Assembly: GCA_041391245.1 (NCBI GenBank)
Contig: JAWKOJ010000004.1
Location: 691-64,690, forward strand
Direction: 5' to 3'
Length of the DNA stretch: 64,000 nt
From: Caldilineales bacterium
GTDB taxonomy: Bacteria > Chloroflexota > Anaerolineae > JAAEKA01
Part shown: one piece after another, positions 53,286-62,580 of the stretch
Layout of the letters: every line of letters starts with the position of its first letter
Numbering within the stretch: position 1 is the stretch's first letter
Position numbers and translations under genes: made by a program
Notes under the pieces: generated by a model
What the model was told of the DNA's origin: nothing
Database searches by the model: none
Seen by the model: the letters and a program-made list of their open reading frames with translations, nothing else

Positions 53286-54969
53286 CAAACTGAGCGCCAA
53301 ACTGGCAGCGCGCGGCCTCCTAGCTTTCTTGGTGCTGGTCATTGTATCGATCACGGCGGTTCCGGTCTACGCCGATCCGCCCGATCCACAGCCGCTGCCG
53401 GCGACCGGAAACTGCTACCGTGACAACATCTTTTACGGCGCCGTGCCGCCCGGCGGCCAGAACGCCCCGGTTATCGTCTTTGTCCACGGCTACAGCGGGC
53501 TGGCTATCGACTGGTGGCTGCGCGTACCTCCCGTCTTCGACAACGACATGTACGTGCGCGCCTACAATGCCGGCTATCGCACGGCCTTTGTCAACCTGAA
53601 TGTCGATCCCGCGGCGGCCAACTGCGCAGTGGTCCGGACACCCGCCAAGAGCACTATCTACAATGGCTTCGTTCTGGGGCTGCAACTACAGGCGATCACC
53701 CAGCACTATGGTGTTGCGAAGGTTGATATCGTGGCGCACTCCAAGGGCGGCATCGATAGCCAATCCGCTGTCCTCTGGTTTGGCGGCGCAGCCAGGGTGC
53801 GCAATATCTTTACACTGAGCAGCCCGCATCAGGGGAGTTTGCTGGCCGATCTGCTCTGGAGTCCCCAGGGCGCAGCGCTGGGTTGGCTGCTGGGCCGCCG
53901 AGACGACGGCACCTTCAGCATTCGCACCGGGTCGATGCAACTCTTCCGTGCAGTAGCCGATCCCAGCCCAGTGGACGACTTGGTCGCCTACCATTCTGCC
54001 GCCGGCACCGAGTGGCGCAACGGTGGCCCCGGCCTGGCAATTACGGGTGCGTGGCTGGAAGCTCAGCCCACCGGCGGCATCAACGATGGGGCCGTAACGG
54101 TCAACAGCACCTACTTGCCCTATGCCAGCACCCTGTTCCAGCAGCCTTGGGATCACCTGCAAATGTACATGGGAAGGAACGCCTTCCCCTACATCCTGGC
54201 TGCCTTGCAGGGCAGTGCGGCGCCCGAGCCGGCGAGTTTGGCGGCTCCCGGCGCTTCGCACTCGCTGTTTTTGCCCTCTCTGGGCAAGGCATACCGTCCG
54301 GCCGCGCCGGTGAACGCGGCAATGCTGCCTGCCATTGTGCATGGCGGATCGCTCGCGGCGCCGCTGCATGAGGAACTGCCCATCGAGCCGCAGGTTCGGT
54401 CGGTACAGTTCAAGCTGTACACGTCCGGCTCAGGACTGGACGCCGCGATGGTTGGCCCGGACGGCACGGTCTACCCCTTCGGCGCTGCGCCGGCAGCCGG
54501 TTATGGCCTGCCGCAGATGGCCGCCATCCAGCAGGTCACCGTCCGGCAGCCCGGCGCCGGCCAGTGGCGGCTGCGCGTAAACGGCCCGGGCAGCGGCGGT
54601 TACCTGCTGACCGCCGATCTGGACAGCCCGCTGCGCGTTCAGTTGGGAGGGCTGCCTGACCGCGTGTTGTCGCCTGGCGCAACGCTGCACCTGTCCGCGG
54701 CCGGCCAGCCGGCCGGCGCGCTGGATATCCAGCGGCTCGCGGTCCAGCTCTCGTCAGCGTCGGGCAACATCACGACGCTGTCGGCGGGCGCCGCGAACCT
54801 CGACGTGCCGCTGCCAAACGAACAAGGCATCCAGGGCTTCTCGGCTACGGTGAGCGGCGAGACCAGCGGCTTCCCCTTCGAGCGCACCTACGTTCGTTCG
54901 GTGGCTGTGGTCGATCTTGCAGCGCTGGCGGGCGATCCCTGGCGACTCGATCAGCTCCTGCGGCCGTAG
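53278..54969 (+). CDS. Secreted lipase/esterase-like alpha/beta hydrolase (paralogue B)
   Basis: Start 'MSSKLSAKLAARGLLAFLVLVIV' (ATG 53278, overlapping the MFS stop). Contains 'PVIVFVHGYSGLAIDWW' and 'IVAHSKGGIDSQ'. Collinear with 48443..50446 but lacks the PKD-like insert. Confidence 0.65.
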   Translation: MSSKLSAKLAARGLLAFLVLVIVSITAVPVYADPPDPQPLPATGNCYRDNIFYGAVPPGGQNAPVIVFVHGYSGLAIDWWLRVPPVFDNDMYVRAYNAGYRTAFVNLNVDPAAANCAVVRTPAKSTIYNGFVLGLQLQAITQHYGVAKVDIVAHSKGGIDSQSAVLWFGGAARVRNIFTLSSPHQGSLLADLLWSPQGAALGWLLGRRDDGTFSIRTGSMQLFRAVADPSPVDDLVAYHSAAGTEWRNGGPGLAITGAWLEAQPTGGINDGAVTVNSTYLPYASTLFQQPWDHLQMYMGRNAFPYILAALQGSAAPEPASLAAPGASHSLFLPSLGKAYRPAAPVNAAMLPAIVHGGSLAAPLHEELPIEPQVRSVQFKLYTSGSGLDAAMVGPDGTVYPFGAAPAAGYGLPQMAAIQQVTVRQPGAGQWRLRVNGPGSGGYLLTADLDSPLRVQLGGLPDRVLSPGATLHLSAAGQPAGALDIQRLAVQLSSASGNITTLSAGAANLDVPLPNEQGIQGFSATVSGETSGFPFERTYVRSVAVVDLAALAGDPWRLDQLLRP

Positions 54970-55026
54970 AGCACAATCAGCAACCCGATTACCTGCCAGT
55001 CCTCTGGCTTCCTTTTGGAGACAAAC

Positions 55027-56464
55027 ATGACAATGAAACGACGCCTTTTTCTGATCGCAGCACTGATCGGCGCGCTGCTCCCCGGAGCGGTTTTCGCGGG
55101 CAGCCACGCCGATGAAGCGACGCCGCCAGCCGAAGTCAGCGCGCTGGATCGCACGCGCGAGCCGGTGATCATCGCCGGTCTGTTCAACGGCCGGCCGGTC
55201 AACCAGATATTCGTCTATCGCTGGAACGCGGGCGCCTGGGAGCAGATTCCGTTCCAAATCGATGAGCGCAACGCGGCGGGCGACTATGTTCCAAACGAAG
55301 ACGGCATCATGGACAGCAATGATGAGTTGGTGTTCATGTCGGGCGACACAGGGACGCTGGCCAGCGGCTCAATCGGCAGTGCGCTACCGGTCAGTGGCGT
55401 GTGGTATCGTGCCGAGGTGACCAATCCGCTCAACCCGTCGTCCAAAGGCTGGGTCTACATCGTTCATTCCACATCGCTGTCGGTCACCAATCCCACCGAT
55501 TACGTCAGCTACAACGCCGGCAACCTGCGGGTCAGCACGGCCAACTATGCGCTGGGCTGGGCCGCTTCCGGGCATAACGGCCTCGACTACATGAGCATGT
55601 TCGGTGGCGGCGACATCCTGGACCGCACGAAGCTGCGCATCGATTACCGTTTCATCGTGCTGATCCATCTCACGGAGAACGACTTCCAGCAGGAGAACGT
55701 CGTGTTGATCAAGGACGGCCGCGTGCGTGCGTTGGTCAAGCGAGGCGGGACTGTGACGGAGAACTATCAGTCGTACGCCAGCACAACGTTCCCCGTCGAT
55801 CTGCGCTCTCTCCCCGGAAACCTGGAGCAGGTGCGGACTTCGGTTGATCTGGCCGCAGGTGTGACCGGCACCTACTACGACGAAAACAACGCAGGCGGCA
55901 AGCCGATCGATGGGGTACCGGACAATGTGGCCCAAACGCCGTTCTCGCAGGCGTGGCGGCAGATCACAGTTGGCGCCGGTTCCAACATTCAGGTGGCTGA
56001 GGCTGACCGAACTGGGCGGCGTGCGCAAACATTACTACAAGGACGACTCGGCTGTCGATCCGGCAGATACCGGCGACCAGCGATCTTTTGGCGACTCGGG
56101 GTTTGAAGTAACCAATCCCTCCAGCAAGAACTTTACGATCACTACCGGCCAATACTTCATTCCGGCCGCGCAGGGCAACCAGGGCGCGACGTACAACCAG
56201 TATTTTCTCAACCCGCTGCAGGTAACGACCGCGGTCCGAAGCACAGTTCAGCACCTTCTTGCCCTCGCTGAAGAAACAGTAAACAACGCCTTTATCGGCG
56301 ACGGTGATCTCTATACGGCCAGAGTACATCAGTGCTCTGGCCGTTCAGTCTCTGCGCTGTGGAATCGTCCCTCATCCCGCCTTTCATGCTGCTATCGACT
56401 TCACGAGGCGTTTGGCGCAGTTCTCTTGCAGGAAGGGACTACAGAATGTAGGGAAGTATTGTAA
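55027..56464 (+). CDS. Secreted hypothetical protein, frame break near 55996
   Basis: ATG at 55027 after GGAG. Signal peptide 'MTMKRRLFLIAALIGALLPGAVFAG'. Coding-looking sequence switches from the frame of ORF 55015..56106 ('..ITVGAGSNIQVAE') to that of ORF 55910..56464 ('LTELGGVRKHYYKDDSAVDPADTGD..'). The 3' end is uncertain because the tail looks non-protein-like. Confidence 0.5.
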
Positions 56465-56811
56465 TCAAATTCTGGTTTTTATTTTCGCAAGGGAGCAGGA
56501 GAGGAGCGTCATCTACGATATACAGTATGTGCGACGCGGGAACGTCCTCTATATAGTATTGCCTAACTAAATGGCCCGACCATCTGACGGGAAACGGTTG
56601 GTTGTCTCGCTGCCGGCCATTGACCTGAAGATTTTTCTATGTTTTAATGTCAGTATCCCGTTTTGAATGATCTTGCGTTCGGGCAAATCGCATATTGTCT
56701 ATGGGGCAATGCCGGCCAATGGGTCTTACGCTGTTGACCACAGGACAGTTCCTGGCACAAACCATCAATTCCAGGCCAGGGATTGCATCTTGCTATAGGA
56801 GGAATAAGGCG

Positions 56812-59360
56812 ATGCATAGTCAGAAGGGTATGCCCATGTGTAAACAGGTTGGGCTATTCTGTCGTGCCGGTCTGCTGGCGTTGCTGGCGGTCGTCCTTGC
56901 GGCGCCGGTCGGGGCTCCTGCGGCTTCCGGTCAACAACCCGAAGCACCTCAGGGGTCCCCACCCGCGTTCGGATCAGCCAATACGGGCCAGGCAACCGAC
57001 AACGGTGATGACGGTGTCACCATCGGTCTGCCGGCAGGGACAACGTCGGGCGACCTGCTCCTGGCGTTCATTGTTTCCGATGGAATCGAGACCATCGGCG
57101 CGCCGGACGGCTGGGCCGAAGTCAATCAGGCATACAGCGGCCAGTCGTCCAACAATGTGACCGTGGCGCTGTTCAGGAAGTTTGCCAGCGGTTCCGAGCC
57201 AGCCAATTACAGCTTCACCTGGACCAGCCAACAGGGCGTCGGTGCAATCCTGCGCTACACAGGCGTTGATCCGTCCAGCCCGATCGATGTCTGCAGGGCG
57301 CCCAGAACGGCAACAGCAACGGTTGTACCGCACCGGCCGTCGCATCCACCGTTGCGGACACCATGGTGGTGCGGCTGTGCGGCGCTGAGGGCAGCTACTC
57401 AAGCATGAGTCCGCCACCCGGAACAAGCGAGCGCGCCGACCTGGAGTCCGGCAGCAGCAACACGGACTCCGCTGCGCTGGGTGCGGCTGATGCAACGCAA
57501 GCAGCAGTTGGCTCCACCGGCAACGGGGTGTTCAATCTCTCAGGCTCCGGCAGCACGCCCTGGCGCGCCCTGACAGTGGTCCTGCGGCCGGCGACCACTG
57601 AACCGGTACCGCCTGCTTGCCGCACGAAGATCGACTTCGAAGCAGACGCACAGGGTCTGCCGATGACAACCGGCCAGATCATCGATGATGAATGGACCGC
57701 CTGGGGCATCACGGTAACGACCAACGATCCGGTCAACCATCCTGCCATGGTTTTCGACAGCGCTGCGCCGACGGGCGGCGATCCCGACCTCGGCACGCCA
57801 AACCAGGATTTTGGCGGTCCGGGTATCGGCTTTGGCGGCTCTGCTGGCCAGCCGGGAGAGAACAGTCTTGCTCTTGGCAAGATACTGATCATCTCGGAGG
57901 ATGGCGATTCTTCGGATCCCGACGACAACGCCGGCGGTGGAATGATCTTCTTCGACTATGCCGCCGATGTGACCATCGACTCGTTGGAGATTCTCGACAT
58001 CGAGGAGACGGCAGCAGCGTATGTGCGGGTGTATGATGCCGGCAATACGCTGTTGAAGCAGGTGGCCATCCAAACGCTTGGCGACAACAGCTATCAAACT
58101 GTGGTTGTTGACCAGAGCGGCGTGCGTCGGCTCGAGATTGATTTTGCCGGCAGCGGCGGCGTGCCTTCGGTGACACAATCGCTGCCGCTGTTGGGTTGTC
58201 TTGGCGACTACGTTTGGCACGACGACAATCGCGACCAGAACGAGGACTACGGCGTGGAGAATCCGATCGCCGGCGTGCGGGTGCGACTCCTCAGGAAGGT
58301 CGGCGCTTCGTTAACGCTGTTCAGGATAACGACGACCGATGCCAACGGTTTCTACCTCTTCGACAAGCTGGAGGCGGGCGACTACATCGTCGATGTCAAC
58401 GAGTTCGATCTGTTCACCTACTTCCCCGGCGGATTTACCATCACGACCTTCAACGAGCCGTACAGCTACGCTCTGGCAGCGGGCGAAGAACATCGGGAAG
58501 CCGACTTCGGCTATGACAACCTGGACGGTGAGGTCGCGCTGGGCGACTGGGTGTGGTACGATGTCGATGGCAACGGGCTGCAGGATGACGGCGGGCCGGA
58601 CGACGTCGGTATTCCCTGTGTCACCGTGGAACTGCTGGACAACAGCGGCGCGCCAATCGGACTTACCAACACTGATAGCTGGGGCATCTACCACTACTAC
58701 GGATTGCCGCCGGGCTCCTACTCAACGCGCGTCTATCCGCAGGACCCCGACATCGACGCCTTCATCCTCTGGAAAACGGCCGGATCTCCCGACCCAACGT
58801 GCAGCATTGACGATCTGCCAACGGCTGCGCCGCGAGCGCCTATCACTACCCCACCTGAGAAGTCCACTGATCTGCCCGACCCGGGCGACTATGACTGGAC
58901 GCTGGACTACGGGTTCACAGACGCGCCTCTGGCGGTCAGCCTGGCCAGCTTCGATGCCCAGGCTGACGCAGGTGCTGTCCGTGTCAACTGGGAGACGGTC
59001 AGCGAGCTGAACAACGCCGGATTCAACCTTTACCGCGGCTCCAGCACAGCTCCGGAGATTCTGCTCGCAAACGTGCCTTCAGCTACTCCCGGCGCCAGCT
59101 ACGGTGCTGCCTACGAGTGGACGGACGCTGACGTTGTCGCCGGCGATGTCTACTGGTACTGGCTGGAGGACGTTGACTTCAACGGCGCCACGACCCTGCA
59201 TGGGCCGGTGAGCGCGCAGGCCGCTGCCCCCACCGCGGTGACTCTGGGAGTGTTTGATGCTGCTTCGACAGCATCGCCCGGCGGCGGCTATCTGCTCGCT
59301 GCCATCGCGGCCCTGGTGCTGTTGCTACGCGGCCGGCGGGCGAGAAGTCTGGCCCGGTAG
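56812..59360 (+). CDS. Large secreted/surface protein with SdrD-B-like (Cna-B type) domains and C-terminal membrane anchor; frame break near 57292
   Basis: AGGAGGA RBS with ATG at 56812. Signal peptide 'LLALLAVVLAAPVGAPAASG'. Sequence continues across frames ('..SSPIDV' | 'QGAQNGNSNGCTAPAVASTVADTMVVRLCG'). 'GDYVWHDDNRDQNED..TTTDANGFYLFDKLEAGDYIV' and 'GDWVWYDVDGNGLQDD' repeats. C-terminus 'GGGYLLAAIAALVLLLRGRRARSLAR'. Confidence 0.65.
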
Positions 59361-59371
59361 CGGCGCGGGAC

Positions 59372-62300
59372 TTACACGGAACGCAAGACACCGGCGTCGA
59401 CCGACGCCGGTGTCTTGCGTTCCGCCCACGATAGTTGCTGGTTTTGCCAGGCATCACTGACCTGTGCCAGCGATGCGGCCGCTACCGCTTGCCCGCTTCG
59501 TCCGATCAGAGCAACTACGGCATCTGCTGTCACAACGCCCACAGGTGCGACGGGCAAGCCGGTCATCGTCTCAATGAACGTTTCGACGTCCTGCGGTGCA
59601 ATCTCAACCAGGAAGCGGCCCAGCGACTCGCAGAACGCGATGGTCGCGTCGCTCAGGTCACCAGTCTGCGGCACATCGGCCAGCCGCAGTTCGATGCCGT
59701 GTCCGCCGGCCAGCGCCATCTCCGCCGCCGCAACCGCCAGCCCGCCCTCCGAGCAGTCGTGGCAGGCCCGCACCAGGCCGGCTGCGATGGCGCGGTGCAG
59801 GGTGCGGTACAGTTCGAGGGCGCGCCTTCCCTCACCCCAACCCTCTCCCAAGGGGAGAGGGAGCAGGAAGCCAGAGACACCCTCTCCGTCGGATGTTCCC
59901 TCTCCCACAGGGAGCAGGAAGCCAGAGACACCCTCTCCGTCGGATGTTCCCTCTCCCACAGGGAGCAGGAAGCCAGAGACACCCTCTCCGTCGGATGTTC
60001 CCTCTCCCTGTGGGAGAGGGTTAGGGTGAGGGAAGTTCCGCCACCAACTCGACCCACCCATTTCTCCCGCGTCTCTCCGATCGCGTAGATCAGATCCCGG
60101 CAGCCTTCAGATCCAGTGTCACGGTCCGGGCAACGTCGGGCACGACCGCCAACGCCGAAATCACCAGCGTCCCCGGAATGGCGTGCTTCTGGCCGTCGGC
60201 GCCGGTGTATTCGTTGTTGAGGCTGTCCTTGCCGGAGACGAACGGCGCACCGTAGGCGACCGCGGCGTCATGGCACCCCTGCGCACAGCGCACCAGGCTG
60301 CCCAGGCGATCGGGCAGATTGGGGTTGCCCCAGGCGAAGTTGTCCAGCAACGCCACCTGGTCCGGATCGGCGCCTACCGCGACCACGTTGCGCATCGCCT
60401 CGTCCACCGCAGCCCAGGCCATGTGATAGGGATCCAGGTCGGTGAAGAACGGGTTGACCCCGACCGCGAGTGCGACGCCACGGACTGGGCTGATGGACCG
60501 GTAAATTGGTAGATTAGTAGATTGGGGGAGAGACAACCCGTCCGCGGGCACAAGTCGTGTGTCTAAGGGAACGATGACGGCTGCGTCGCTGGGGCCGTGG
60601 TTGCGGATGCCGGTGAACGGCTTGACCACTGTGCCGCCCTGTACCTCGTGGTCGTACTGGCGCACCACAGCCTCCTTGCTGCGGGTTTCTGGCGCGGCCA
60701 GCAGCGCCAGCAGCGCGCCGGTCAGATCGCCGGCTTCTGGCTGCTGCCGGACAGGTGTTGCCGCAGGAGACGACCACTCGGCTTGCAGATGCCGCCGCGG
60801 GATACCGTCGTGCAGGAATGTGCAGTCCAGCGCGCCCACAACCTCGCCCTGATAGCGGATCGTCAGCCGGCCGTCGCCGGTGAACTCGCCCAGCGCGGTT
60901 GCCTCCACATCCAGACTGGCGCAGATCGCTTGCAGCCGCGGCCAGTTGGAAGGCGGCACGGCCAGCACCATGCGCTCCTGCGCCTCGCTGAGCCAGATCT
61001 CCCACGGGCGCAGGCCGGGGTACTTCAGCGGGGCGCGCTCCAGGTGGACCTCGGCGCCCAGCGCCTCGCCCATCTCGCCCACGGCCGAGGACAGCCCGCC
61101 CGCGCCGCAGTCGGTGATGGCGCTGTACAACCCCTCGTCGCGTGCGATCAGGATCGCCTCCAGCGTCTGCTTCTCGTGGATCGGATGGCCGATCTGCACC
61201 GAGCTGCTGGCGATTTCGCCCGTCTGATGATCCATCTCCATGCTGGAGAAGGTCGCGCCGCGCAGCCCGTCGCGGCCGGTGCGGCCGCCCATGACGACCA
61301 CCAGATCGCCGGCTTGCGGCTCGGTGCGGTGCGAACCGTTTGGCAGAATCCCCAGGCAGCCGCAGAACACCAGCGGGTTCGCTGTGTAGCCGGGGTCGTA
61401 GAGGATTGCGCCGTTGACGGTCGGGATGCCCATCTTGTTGCCGTAGTCCTCGATGCCCGCCACCACGCCGTCCTGGATGCGCCGCGGGTGCAGCACGCCG
61501 GCCGGCAGCTGGTCAGGCGGCAGGTCCTGGGGACCAAAGCAGAGGATGTCGGTGTTGGCGATCGGCCTGGCGCTGACGCCGATCACGTCGCGCACTACCC
61601 CGCCCACACCTGTGTTGGCGCCGCCGAACGGCTCCAGCGCCGATGGGTGGTTGTGGGTCTCGACCTTGAACGCAAGGTCGAAGGTATCGTCGAAGGCCAC
61701 GATGCCCGCGTTGTCAACAAACGCTGAGCACACCCAGGGTTTGTTCGCCTTTTCGGTAGCGGCGCGGATGTAGGTCTTGAGGATCGAGTCGATCTGCTGC
61801 TCGCGCACGACCCCGCGAGCGTCCGTCTCGCGGTAGTCGATCAGCGCCTTGAAGGTCTTGTGGACGCAGTGCTCCGACCACGTTTGCGCCAGCGTCTCCA
61901 GTTCGACGTCGGTCGGCTCGCGGCTTTCCTCGCGGTAGTACGTTTGAATCGCCTGCATTTCTGCCAGGTCCAGCGACAGCCGCCGCTCGCGGCTGATCGC
62001 AAGCAACTGCTCGGGCGTGGCTCCGGTCAGCGGGATCGTCTCGACCCAGGCGCGCGGTCCGGCGTCAGCCTGCGCCACGAAAGGCGGCAGGACTCGCCGG
62101 TTGACCGTCCACGTCTGGATCACCTCGTTGGCCAACAGGCTGGCAGCAACGCGTTGGACTGTTGCGTGGGACAGCTCGCCGGCGAGGTCGTAGCGCTGGC
62201 CGGTGGCGACCTTGGCCAGCCCGCTGACGCCGATCAGCGCCGCGCCGGCCAGCAGGTTCTCAGCCACGCTGTCGGTGACTCCCGGGTGCAGCGTCACTTC

Positions 62301-62564
62301 TACCGACCAGCGGCCGGCTGGCAGTTCCGGCGAATCGTCCGCGAGGGGGAACCAGCGAATGTGCTCAACCACCGGATCGTGCAGCAGCGTGTTGCTCAGC
62401 CGGCTGACGGCCGCTTCGTCCAGATCACCCTTGAGGAAGTAGAGATCGGTGACCGTCAGCGATTGTACGCGAGTCACGCCCAGGCTGGCAGCCTGGCGGC
62501 GCAGACTCTCGCCCCGGACATCGGCCTCTCCTGGTTTGATTGAGACTTCGACGCGATAGATCAT
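59372..62564 (-). CDS. purL: PurS-PurS-PurL fusion (FGAM synthase II), with two frame breaks (60096..60098, 60066..60068) and an in-frame repeat insertion
   Basis: ORF 60090..62564 contains two PurS-like modules ('[20 protein letters not shown]..', '[30 protein letters not shown]'). It then has PurL motifs '[10 protein letters not shown]' and '[26 protein letters not shown]'. After '..LDLKAAG' homology continues as '[10 protein letters not shown]' and then 'EMGGSSWW...[19 protein letters not shown]' (ORF 59372..60061) in successive frames. Confidence 0.85.
59377..59424. other. Perfect 23-bp-stem palindrome at the convergent gene junction
   Basis: CGGAACGCAAGACACCGGCGTCG-AC-CGACGCCGGTGTCTTGCGTTCCG. 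It starts 17 nt after the surface-protein stop and lies inside the last 17 codons of the purL ORF. No U-tract on either strand. Confidence 0.6.
59829..60032. mobile_element. MITE-like element: 33-bp terminal inverted repeats flanking 3 x 51-bp tandem units, inserted in-frame in purL
   Basis: Left arm CCCTCACCCCAACCCTCTCCCAAGGGGAGAGGG (59829..59861) is the near-exact reverse complement of right arm CCCTCTCCCTGTGGGAGAGGGTTAGGGTGAGGG (60000..60032). Internal units start at 59862, 59913 and 59964. Total 204 bp = 68 codons with no stop in the purL frame ('[12 protein letters not shown]([17 protein letters not shown])x3..WGEGR'). Coordinates are anchored on the ORF track and may be off by 1. Confidence 0.7.
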
Positions 62565-62580
62565 GAATGGGTTGCTCGCG

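Noticed and set aside
55964-56329. Minus-strand ORF whose N-terminus ('MYSGRIEITVADKGVVYCFFSEGKKVL') looks protein-like, at the tail of the 55027 gene.
   Set aside because: An in-frame stop lies just upstream of the Met. The remainder is antisense to clearly coding plus-strand sequence and is low-complexity, and there is no RBS. It does signal that the 3' end of the plus-strand gene (56240..56464) is uncertain.
59377-59424. Annotating the 23-bp-stem palindrome as a classical intrinsic terminator.
   Set aside because: No U-tract follows on either strand, and it lies within the purL ORF. It is kept only as a structural feature.
59862-60014. Three exact 51-bp tandem units that could be mistaken for a mini CRISPR array.
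   Set aside because: The units are directly tandem with no unique spacers, they lie inside the purL reading frame, and they are flanked by inverted arms. No cas genes are present in the window.
59415-60088. Plus-strand ORFs across the purL repeat, translating to '[16 protein letters not shown]' x3 and similar.
   Set aside because: They are antisense to purL homology on both sides. The periodic peptide merely reflects the 51-bp repeat.
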